DNA of 64,000 nt, from the NCBI GenBank assembly GCA_964246745.1, contig CAXTRK010000011.1:11173-75172 (forward strand). The letters run 5' to 3'. The notes under the pieces were generated by a model. The model worked only from the letters and a program-made list of their open reading frames with translations, did not search any database and was not told the DNA's origin. A program made the translations under genes and the position numbers. Shown one piece after another: positions 56,345-64,000 of this stretch (positions are counted from its first letter, which is position 1; each line of letters starts with the position of its first letter). The DNA is from an uncultured Acetobacteraceae bacterium. GTDB taxonomy: Bacteria > Pseudomonadota > Alphaproteobacteria > Acetobacterales > Acetobacteraceae.

Positions 56345-57220
56345 ATGGGATCAATGATGAATGACCAGAGCATAGGTCCTCTGAACGCCGGACCGGCAGA
56401 GAGAAGAGCGGCACTCACCCCGCCTCCGGCGCCAGGCCAACCAAGCGGATCCTTGCCGATGACGCCGAAAGCGATGATCGCGATTGAGCATCTCGACTTC
56501 TACTATGGCGCGGCCCACGCGCTGAAAAACATCTCCATGGATCTCCCGGAACGGCGCGTCACCGGAATGATCGGACCCTCCGGCTGCGGCAAATCGACCT
56601 TGTTGCGCGTGCTGAACCGGATGTACGACCTTTATCCGGGGCAGCGCGCGACCGGTCAGGTGCTGCTGGCCGGCGAGGACATCCTCGGCGGCGCGATGTC
56701 GGCCACGCAACTGCGCTCGCGCGTGGGCATGGTGTTCCAGAAGCCGACGCCGTTCCCGATGTCGATTTACGAGAACATCGCCTTTGGCGTGCGCCTGCAC
56801 GAGAAGCTGAAGCAGTCGGACCTGGAAGGCCGCATCGAGCAGGCGCTGCGACGGGTGGCACTCTGGGCGGAGGTCAAGGACCGGCTCCGCGCGCCGGCGG
56901 GAGCGCTGTCTGGTGGTCAGCAGCAGCGCCTGTGCATCGCGCGAACGATCGCGACCGGTCCCGAGGTGATCCTGCTCGACGAGCCGACCTCGGCGCTCGA
57001 TCCAATCAGCACGGCGCGCATCGAGGAACTGCTCGACGAGCTGAAGGCGGATTTCACCATCGTCATCGTCACGCACAACCTCCAGCAGGCGGCACGCTGC
57101 GCCGATCAGGTAGCGTTCTTCTATATGGGCGAGCTGGTCGAGGTCGCCGGATCCGACCGCCTGTTCACGGCGCCGCGCGAGAAGCGCACGCAGGACTACA
57201 TCACCGGACGGTTTGGCTAA
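56345..57220 (+). CDS. pstB: Phosphate ABC transporter ATPase PstB
   Basis: [32 protein letters not shown] and [10 protein letters not shown]. Confidence 0.93.
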   Translation: MGSMMNDQSIGPLNAGPAERRAALTPPPAPGQPSGSLPMTPKAMIAIEHLDFYYGAAHALKNISMDLPERRVTGMIGPSGCGKSTLLRVLNRMYDLYPGQRATGQVLLAGEDILGGAMSATQLRSRVGMVFQKPTPFPMSIYENIAFGVRLHEKLKQSDLEGRIEQALRRVALWAEVKDRLRAPAGALSGGQQQRLCIARTIATGPEVILLDEPTSALDPISTARIEELLDELKADFTIVIVTHNLQQAARCADQVAFFYMGELVEVAGSDRLFTAPREKRTQDYITGRFG

Positions 57221-57231
57221 GGGGGGCCACG

Positions 57232-57957
57232 ATGAGCAGCACCGATCCGCGTCATATCGTACGCAGCTTCGAGCAGGAACTCGAAAGCCTGCGCGGCCTG
57301 ATCGCGCGCATGGGCGGCCTGGTGGAGAGCCAGACCGCGAACGCGATCGGCGCGGTGCTGAACCGTGACGCCGAGGCCGCGCAATACGCGATGGAGCAGG
57401 ACCCGGAGGTCGACGCGCTGGAACGTGAGATCGAGGGGCGGACGATCCGGATGCTGGCGCTCAGGGCGCCGATGGCCCAGGACCTGCGCGAGATCATCTC
57501 GGTGCTGAAGGTCAGCAGCGATCTCGAACGGATCGGCGACTATGCCGCCAACATCGCCAAGCGCAGTCTGCGTATCAGCCGGATCGGCGTCGAGCCGACC
57601 CTGGCCGGCCTGCGCAGCATGGGACGGCTGGTGCAGGAAAGCCTGCGGCTCGCCATCGACGCGCTGAGCCAGAGCGACAAGGACAAGGCGATCGAGGTCT
57701 GGCAGTCGGACCGGGCGGTCGACGAGCTCTACACGGCGATGTTCCGCGAGCTGATCACCTACATGATGGAGGATCCGCGCAACATCAGCTCCTGCACGCA
57801 TCTGCTGTTCATCGCCAAGAACCTGGAACGGATCGGCGATCACGGCACCAATATCGCCGAGCACGTGCATTACGCCGTCACCGGCGAGATGCTGCCGCCG
57901 TCGCGTCCGCGCGGCGCGGTGCCGATCGAGCGCGACGGGCATGAACTCACGGAGTAA
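57232..57957 (+). CDS. phoU: Phosphate signalling protein PhoU
   Basis: DLERIGDYAANIAK and KNLERIGDHGTNIAE. Confidence 0.93.
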   Translation: MSSTDPRHIVRSFEQELESLRGLIARMGGLVESQTANAIGAVLNRDAEAAQYAMEQDPEVDALEREIEGRTIRMLALRAPMAQDLREIISVLKVSSDLERIGDYAANIAKRSLRISRIGVEPTLAGLRSMGRLVQESLRLAIDALSQSDKDKAIEVWQSDRAVDELYTAMFRELITYMMEDPRNISSCTHLLFIAKNLERIGDHGTNIAEHVHYAVTGEMLPPSRPRGAVPIERDGHELTE

Positions 57958-57961
57958 GGCC

Positions 57962-58714
57962 ATGCAGATCACAACGGAATTCGTGGGCCGCGGCAAGCAG
58001 GCGGCGCCGCGTGACGAGACGCCGCGGCCGCGCGTGCTGGTGGTCGAGGACGATCCGGCGCTGGCGGTCATGCTCCGCTATAACCTGGAGAAGCTCGGCT
58101 ATCTGGTCGACGAGGCGTCGGATGGGCAGGAGGCGCTGCTCAGAATCACCGAGGCGGCGCCCGAGATCGTGCTGCTGGACTGGATGCTGCCCACCTTGTC
58201 CGGTCTGGAGGTCTGCAGACAGATACGCAGGCGTCCGCAGACACGCGACATCGCGGTCATCATGCTCACCGCGCGCATGGAGGAGCAGGACTCGATCCGC
58301 GGCCTGAACACCGGCGCGGACGACTACATCACCAAGCCGTTCTCGATCGAGGCCTTGGCGGCGCGGATGCGCGCCCTGCTGCGCCGCGCGCAGCCGCAGC
58401 CGCCGGCGGGCGCGCTGCAGTTCCACGACATCGTGCTCGATCCGTCGGAACACCGGGTGCAGCGAGGCGGCCGGCCGGTGCAGGTGGGACCGACCGAATA
58501 CCGTCTGCTGGAGTTCCTGCTGCGCCATCCGCGCCGCGTGTTCTCGCGCGAGGATCTGCTCACCGCCGTCTGGGGAGCGGACATCCATGTCGAGGCACGC
58601 ACGGTCGACGTGCACATACGCCGCCTGCGCAAGGCGCTGAACGGTCCAGGCGAGGCGGATTTGGTGCGCACCGTGCGCTCGGCCGGTTACGCGCTCGACA
58701 TCGAGCCAGGCTAG
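57962..58714 (+). CDS. phoB: Phosphate regulon response regulator PhoB
   Basis: VLVVEDD, LLDWMLP, ADDYITKPFS and RTVDVHIRRLRK. Confidence 0.93.
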   Translation: MQITTEFVGRGKQAAPRDETPRPRVLVVEDDPALAVMLRYNLEKLGYLVDEASDGQEALLRITEAAPEIVLLDWMLPTLSGLEVCRQIRRRPQTRDIAVIMLTARMEEQDSIRGLNTGADDYITKPFSIEALAARMRALLRRAQPQPPAGALQFHDIVLDPSEHRVQRGGRPVQVGPTEYRLLEFLLRHPRRVFSREDLLTAVWGADIHVEARTVDVHIRRLRKALNGPGEADLVRTVRSAGYALDIEPG

Positions 58715-58769
58715 TGCAGCGATTCCGAAGATCTGCACCTTTGGTGACGGTCGGAATCGCTGCACTAGC
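58710..58769. mobile_element. MITE/REP-like element with a perfect 19-bp terminal inverted repeat
   Basis: GCTAGTGCAGCGATTCCGA (58710-58728) and TCGGAATCGCTGCACTAGC (58751-58769); CTAG at both ends; its left end supplies the phoB TAG. Confidence 0.7.
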
Positions 58770-58814
58770 TAAGTCTTTTCAGTGGCCTGCCTGGACACTA
58801 GTCGTCAGGGGACG

Positions 58815-59993
58815 GTGAGCGAGCAGCTTGCGGTAGCTCTGGCGGCGCTCACCACCGGCGCCGCCGCGGGCGCTGCCGTGAGCCGGATCTTGCGACGGCG
58901 GATTGCCGCCAGCCTCCCCGCCCCGGAGGAGGTGCGGCTGGATCCGCTCCGCCACCTCTACGAAGTGATCGAAATGCTGCCGGAGCCGATGCTGCTGCTC
59001 GATCGGCGCGTCGGCATGCGCCACGCCAATCTTGCCGCGCGCGAGCCGTTCGGCGACGTGCTCGCGGCACTGCTCCGTCATCCCGCCCTCATCGATGCCA
59101 TGGGCAGGCTAAGGAGCGAAACTATCGTCACCGCCATGGTGCAGATGGATGTGCCGGTGGGCCGGATGCTGCGTGTCTCGCTCAAGGCGCTGCCGGAGAC
59201 CTACCCGAACCTGCTCATTGTTTCGATAACAGACCACACCCAGCAGGCGGCGCTCGCGCGCATGCGCGAAGACTTCATCGCCAACGCCAGCCATGAGCTA
59301 CGCACGCCGTTGGCGAGCCTGATTGGCTTCATCGATACGTTGCTTGGGCCGGCCGCCGACGATGCGCCGGCGCAACAGCGCTTTCTTGGAATCATGCAGA
59401 CCCAGGCCGCGCGCATGCGGCGGCTGATCGATAATCTGCTGAACCTGTCGCGCATCCAGCTCACCGAGCACGAGCGGCCGCGCGGCCGGATGTCGCTGGC
59501 GCGGGTGGCGGCGCATGTGGCGGGCGAGTTCGAGCCGCTGATGCAGGCGAGGCGGATCAGGCTTGTGCTCGACCTGGCAGCCGAGCTGCCGATGGTGCAG
59601 GGCGATGCCGACCAGCTTGCCCAGGTGGTGCAGAACCTGCTGGATAATGCGCTGAAATACGCCGCGAGCCGGATCGAGCTGTCGGTGCGGCAAGCGGCTG
59701 AAGGCATCGCCTTGGGCGCCACGTTTGGGGCTCCGTGGCCGTCGTCGCCCGGTCTGGTGCTGGCGGTGGCCGATGACGGTCCGGGCATTGCCGCGCATCA
59801 TCTGCCAAGGCTGACCGAGCGCTTCTACCGGGCCGAGGACGGCAGCGGCAAGCCCGGCAGCGGCCTTGGGCTTGCCATCGTCAAGCACATCGTCGGCCGC
59901 CATTCGGGCCGCCTGCAGATCGAAAGCGTCGAGGGAAAGGGCTCCCTGTTCAGCGTCTGGCTGCCTGCCGCCCCTGTCATGGCATTGTCATAG
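58815..59993 (+). CDS. phoR: Phosphate regulon sensor kinase PhoR
   Basis: H-box FIANASHELRTPL, NLLDNALKY, DDGPGI, RLTERFYR and GSGLGLAIVKH; GTG 58815 preferred over 58782 because of an AGGGG SD. Confidence 0.88.
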   Translation: MSEQLAVALAALTTGAAAGAAVSRILRRRIAASLPAPEEVRLDPLRHLYEVIEMLPEPMLLLDRRVGMRHANLAAREPFGDVLAALLRHPALIDAMGRLRSETIVTAMVQMDVPVGRMLRVSLKALPETYPNLLIVSITDHTQQAALARMREDFIANASHELRTPLASLIGFIDTLLGPAADDAPAQQRFLGIMQTQAARMRRLIDNLLNLSRIQLTEHERPRGRMSLARVAAHVAGEFEPLMQARRIRLVLDLAAELPMVQGDADQLAQVVQNLLDNALKYAASRIELSVRQAAEGIALGATFGAPWPSSPGLVLAVADDGPGIAAHHLPRLTERFYRAEDGSGKPGSGLGLAIVKHIVGRHSGRLQIESVEGKGSLFSVWLPAAPVMALS

Positions 59994-60002
59994 ATCTGTC
60001 GT
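59974..60002 (+). promoter_or_regulatory. Triple Pho box upstream of the porin gene, overlapping the phoR 3' end
   Basis: CTGTCAT-ggca-TTGTCAT-agat-CTGTCGT, exact 11-bp period. Confidence 0.8.
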
Positions 60003-60095
60003 ACAATCATCGCGTTACGTGCCGGCAACGATGCCTTATCGAGAGCGCGCCTGGACGGCAGGAGGGGGGCTTCTGTTGGGGCACGGAACCGGATC

Positions 60096-61841
60096 ATGAG
60101 CAAAACACGATTCGCGAGACGTGGACTTCTCAGCGCCACCGCACTCGCGGCACTTCTCGTCGCAAGCGGCGCGGAAGCGCAGGATGCGGGCACGCAGATA
60201 AGCGCGATCCAGAAGCAGATCCGCGCATTGCAGCGTCAGCTCGACGCCATGAAGCGCAACCAGGCCAACAGCGACGCCGAAGTCCGCGCGGCGCGCGAAG
60301 AGGCCGCGAGCGCCAATCGTCAGGCGCTGGCGATCTCCGAGCGGACCACCAATGCCTACGGCCAGCCGCTGGCGCCGCAGTCGCTCGCCGCACCCCCAGG
60401 ATATCAGGTCAACCTGAAGGGTGCGGGCATTCCGGCCGGCCCCTATGTCAATGTCGGCGGCGTGCCGACGCCGGTGATCACGCCGGGTCCGCCGCTCAAA
60501 CAGGGTCAGTTCAACGTCGGCGCGATCCGCATCACGCTCGGCGGCTTTGTCGAAGCGGCGCTGATCGCCCGCTCGCGCAACGAGACCGCCGATATCTCCA
60601 GCAGCTTCAGCGGCATACCCTATGGCTACAGCCCGAATTATCACACCCCGGAATTCCGCGAATCCGACCATCAGAGCCGGTTGTCGTTCAAGGCCGAGGG
60701 CGATCCGAACGACGTGACCCACCTCACCTTCTATTACGAGCTTGATTTCCAAAGCGCCGGAGCGAGTTCGAACTCGGCCGAATCGAACAGCTACACGCTT
60801 CGTCAGCGTCAGATCTATGCCCAATATGCCCGTTCGGACTGGGACTTCACCTTCCTCGGCGGCCAGGCATGGTCGATGCTGACGATGAACAAGAGCGGCA
60901 TCGACGCAAGTAAGGTAGACGCGCCCCTGACAATCGACGCCTCGTACGTGCCGGGTTTCGTCTGGACCCGCAACACCCAGTTCCGTGTCGTCAAGGGCTT
61001 CGACCACGACGCGTATGATCTCGGCCTCTCCTTCGAGAGCCCGGAGGCGGCTTATTACACCGGCGGCAACGGCACCGGCTCATTGGATGGAACCGTGCTG
61101 TCCTCAAATGCCGGCGGCAGCGGCTTGAACTCGACGTCGCAATACTCGGACAACTACGCGCCGGACGTGATCCTCAAGGCGACGGCGGATCCTGGCTGGG
61201 GTCATTACGAGCTGTTCGGCCTCGCGCGATTCCTGACCGATCGCGCCACCCTCAGATACCCCAACAATTCCGGCAGCAACAACACGGTGCTGGCCGGCGG
61301 CGGCGGCGCCGGAGCCATTCTTCCCCTGATCAAGGGCAAGCTTGAACTGCAGGGCAGCACCCTGATCGGCGAGGGCATCGGCCGCTATGGCGCATCCAGC
61401 CTTCCGGATGCGACTTTCTCGCAGACCGGGGCGCCGGTGCCGTTGCCCGAAGTCATCGCGCTGGTCGGCGCGATTGGGCACCCGACCAAGGCTATCGACC
61501 TTTACGCCTATGTCGGCACCGAGCAGATCACCCAGCGCAAAGCCTTCAACGAGGGCGGCAAACCCTACGGCTATGGCAACGAGGCGTATAGCAACGTCGG
61601 CTGCAACACCGAACAGCCGGTCACCACGCCTCTGGCGGAACCGTGCACCGCGAACACGCAAGGTATCGCGCAGGGCACGGTCGGCGCCTGGTGGAAATTC
61701 TTGAAGGGCGATTTCGGCTATATGCAGACTGGCGTGCAGTATTCCTACACACGGCTCAATGCCTTCCAGGGCGTCGGCGGCAGTCCGAAGACAGACGACA
61801 ACATGGTCTTTTTCAGCTTCCGCTACTATCCGTTCGACTAA
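60096..61841 (+). CDS. Outer-membrane beta-barrel (porin-like) protein with N-terminal coiled coil
   Basis: Signal peptide; [20 protein letters not shown] coiled coil; amphipathic strands; C-terminal FSFRYYPFD. Confidence 0.72.
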   Translation: MSKTRFARRGLLSATALAALLVASGAEAQDAGTQISAIQKQIRALQRQLDAMKRNQANSDAEVRAAREEAASANRQALAISERTTNAYGQPLAPQSLAAPPGYQVNLKGAGIPAGPYVNVGGVPTPVITPGPPLKQGQFNVGAIRITLGGFVEAALIARSRNETADISSSFSGIPYGYSPNYHTPEFRESDHQSRLSFKAEGDPNDVTHLTFYYELDFQSAGASSNSAESNSYTLRQRQIYAQYARSDWDFTFLGGQAWSMLTMNKSGIDASKVDAPLTIDASYVPGFVWTRNTQFRVVKGFDHDAYDLGLSFESPEAAYYTGGNGTGSLDGTVLSSNAGGSGLNSTSQYSDNYAPDVILKATADPGWGHYELFGLARFLTDRATLRYPNNSGSNNTVLAGGGGAGAILPLIKGKLELQGSTLIGEGIGRYGASSLPDATFSQTGAPVPLPEVIALVGAIGHPTKAIDLYAYVGTEQITQRKAFNEGGKPYGYGNEAYSNVGCNTEQPVTTPLAEPCTANTQGIAQGTVGAWWKFLKGDFGYMQTGVQYSYTRLNAFQGVGGSPKTDDNMVFFSFRYYPFD

Positions 61842-61932
61842 ATGCCCGGTCTCGCCGACAGGTGACCGCGGCAAGGTTGCGCCTCGCGCTTTCCGGACGC
61901 ATGTGAATGTCGACGGATGCGGGAGAAAGCGT

Positions 61933-63528
61933 ATGGCAGACATGGATGCGCCGCGGGTTTCCGGCAACCTGCTGATCGCCGGACACGCCGAGCGCGGCGC
62001 CCACGGAGAGGTGCGTGGCATCGACGCCGCCAGCGGCGCCGCACTCGATCCGAGCTTTGGCGGCGCGTCCGAGGCGCAACTTGAGACCACCTGCGCCGCC
62101 GCCTGGTCCGCCTTCGACGCCTACCGGGAGACCGCCCTCGAACAGCGCGCGGCGTTCCTGGAGCGCATCGCCCAGAACGTCATGGAGATCGGCGAGCCGC
62201 TGATCGAGCGCTGCGTCGCCGAGACCGGTTTGCCGCGCGCGCGCATCGAGGGCGAGCGCGCCCGCACCATGGGCCAATTACGCCTGTTCGCGTCGGTGCT
62301 GCGCGAGGGTTCGTTCCTCGATCTCCGCCTCGATCCGGCGCAGCCCGAACGCAAGCCGCTGCCGCGTGTCGATCTGCGCCTGCGCAACATAGCGGTGGGA
62401 CCGGTGGCGGTGTTCGGCGCCAGCAATTTCCCGCTCGCCTTCTCGGTGGCAGGCGGCGATACCGCCTCGGCGCTGGCCGCGGGCTGTCCGGTCATCGTCA
62501 AGGCGCATGAGGCGCATCCCGGCACGTCGGAACTGGTCGGCGCCGCCATCGCCCGCGCGGTGACCGAGGCCGGGCTGCCGGGAGGCGTGTTCTCGCTGCT
62601 GTTTGCCGAAGGGCGCGCGATCGGACAGGCGCTGGTGTCAGACCCGCGTGTCAAGGCGGTCGGCTTTACCGGCTCGCGCGCCGGAGGCACGGCGCTGATG
62701 AAGATCGCCCAGCAGCGAGCGGAACCGATCCCGGTCTATGCCGAAATGAGCAGCATCAATCCGGTGATCCTGCTGCCGGGCGCGCTGGCCGATCGGGCGG
62801 AGGCGATCGCCGCCGAGTTTGCCGCCTCGCTGAGCCTCGGCGCCGGCCAGTTCTGCACCAATCCAGGCTTGGTCCTGGCCATCGAGGGGGCGGCGCTGGA
62901 CCGGTTCGCCGCCGCCGCCGCGGAAGCGGTCTCCGCCCAGTCCGGCGCCGGCATGCTGACCCCGGGAATCCATGCCGCCTACGGGCGGGCGACGGCGCGG
63001 CTCGACCAGCACACGCGGGTGCAGACATTGGCGCGCGGCAAGCCGGGCGGCGCCTATGGCTGCCAATCGGTGTTGTTCCGCACCACCGCGGACGATCTGC
63101 TGGCCGATGCGGAGTTGCGGGAAGAGGTGTTCGGCGCCGCCGCGCTGATCGTGAGCTGTGCCGATCTCGCTTCATTGGCCCACGTGATCGAGAGTCTGGA
63201 AGGCCAGTTGACCGCCTCGATACATTTGTCGGAAGCCGATCATGCGGGCGCGCGCAGCCTGCTGCCGTTACTCGAGCGCAAGGTCGGCCGTATCCTGGTG
63301 GGCGGCTTCGGCACCGGAGTCGAGGTGGGCCATGCGATGGTGCATGGCGGCCCGTATCCGGCGACCGCGGATGGGCGCAGCACATCGGTGGGCTCGCTGG
63401 CGATCCGCCGCTTCCTTCGTCCGGTCTGCTATCAGGACCTGCCGCAATCGCTGCTGCCGGACGCGCTCAGGGACGGCAATCCGCTCGGCTTGCCGCGCCT
63501 GTTCGACGGCAAGCCCGGCGCTGTCTGA
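61933..63528 (+). CDS. NADP-dependent aldehyde dehydrogenase (alpha-ketoglutaric semialdehyde dehydrogenase-like)
   Basis: [50 protein letters not shown] and VHGGPYPAT. Confidence 0.88.
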   Translation: MADMDAPRVSGNLLIAGHAERGAHGEVRGIDAASGAALDPSFGGASEAQLETTCAAAWSAFDAYRETALEQRAAFLERIAQNVMEIGEPLIERCVAETGLPRARIEGERARTMGQLRLFASVLREGSFLDLRLDPAQPERKPLPRVDLRLRNIAVGPVAVFGASNFPLAFSVAGGDTASALAAGCPVIVKAHEAHPGTSELVGAAIARAVTEAGLPGGVFSLLFAEGRAIGQALVSDPRVKAVGFTGSRAGGTALMKIAQQRAEPIPVYAEMSSINPVILLPGALADRAEAIAAEFAASLSLGAGQFCTNPGLVLAIEGAALDRFAAAAAEAVSAQSGAGMLTPGIHAAYGRATARLDQHTRVQTLARGKPGGAYGCQSVLFRTTADDLLADAELREEVFGAAALIVSCADLASLAHVIESLEGQLTASIHLSEADHAGARSLLPLLERKVGRILVGGFGTGVEVGHAMVHGGPYPATADGRSTSVGSLAIRRFLRPVCYQDLPQSLLPDALRDGNPLGLPRLFDGKPGAV

Positions 63529-63537
63529 GCGGCCGGT

Positions 63538-64000
63538 TCAATCGGGCGGCGCTTGCCGCTTGTCGTCATAGCGGCACAGATCACTCACCGGGCAGCGCCA
63601 GCACTCCGGGCGCTTCGCCTGGCAGACGTAGCGCCCATGCAGGATCAGCCAATGATGCGCCGCGCGCAGCATGGTCTTGGGAATGCGCGCGACGAGTTGG
63701 TCCTCGACCGCGCGGGGCGTCTTGCCCGGTGCGAGACCGGTGCGGTTGCCAACACGGAAGATATGCGTGTCCACCGCCATCGTGCTCTGACCGAAAGCCA
63801 CGTTCATCACCACGTTGGCGGTCTTGCGTCCGACTCCCGGCAGCGCCTCGAGGGATTCGCGGTCGCCAGGCACCATCCCGCCGTGGCGGGCAACCAAGGC
63901 CTGGCTGAGCGCCGCCACATTGCGCGCCTTGGCGCGCCACAGGCCGATGGTGCGGATGTGCACGGCTATGCCGTCCTCGCCGAGGGCCGCCATCGCGACT
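63538..64000 (-). CDS. nth: Endonuclease III, 5' part beyond the window edge
   Basis: HhH LPGVGRKTANVV, AVDTHIFRV and CQAKRPECWRCPVSDLC [4Fe-4S] motif. Confidence 0.93.
   Translation of the reverse strand, partial: VAMAALGEDGIAVHIRTIGLWRAKARNVAALSQALVARHGGMVPGDRESLEALPGVGRKTANVVMNVAFGQSTMAVDTHIFRVGNRTGLAPGKTPRAVEDQLVARIPKTMLRAAHHWLILHGRYVCQAKRPECWRCPVSDLCRYDDKRQAPPD

Noticed and set aside
58782-58814. GTG 58782 as the phoR start
   Set aside because: It lies inside the repeat-derived segment and lacks an SD; GTG 58815 has AGGGG upstream
1-64000. CRISPR arrays, tRNA/rRNA genes, transposases, integrases, prophage genes
   Set aside because: No spaced repeat array, cloverleaf, rRNA-like tract or recombinase/transposase motif was seen; the short tandem repeats have only two or three units

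Overview
GC-rich alphaproteobacterial chromosomal window; gene content and order suggest Acetobacteraceae (inference). It is mostly metabolic and housekeeping DNA. No rRNA, tRNA, CRISPR array, transposase or integrase was seen. In order: a 5'-truncated GGDEF-EAL gene; a Tat-exported PaoABC-type molybdoenzyme operon; a TPR-methyltransferase; a DUF2231-Rieske-hemerythrin fusion; an IclR regulator divergent from a collapsed gcl-hyi-ttuD remnant that runs into intact glcDEF-permease-CBS-glcB; an accessory patch (AT-rich remnant, ParDE, lactonase, VapBC, small membrane protein plus HTH pair); SDR; S46 peptidase; a De Ley-Doudoroff galactose cluster with GalP and OprB; larC-larE-larB with a Tat-signal aldo/keto reductase but no larA; mannitol dehydrogenase; rsmD, rluB, C26 hydrolase, tadA, degP; exported single-Cys MsrB/MsrA opposite a sulfite oxidase; maeB-Ntn acylase-GH3; rlmN; OmpA-like gene; pstB-phoU-phoB-(MITE-like element)-phoR; a porin preceded by Pho boxes; a KGSA dehydrogenase-like ALDH; partial nth. 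Best candidates for an undescribed system are the coupled Ntn-amidase/GH3 amide-ligase pair, the larCEB operon with an exported AKR in place of larA, and the small membrane-protein/HTH module among the TA loci. All family assignments come from motif recognition by eye, with no database search.
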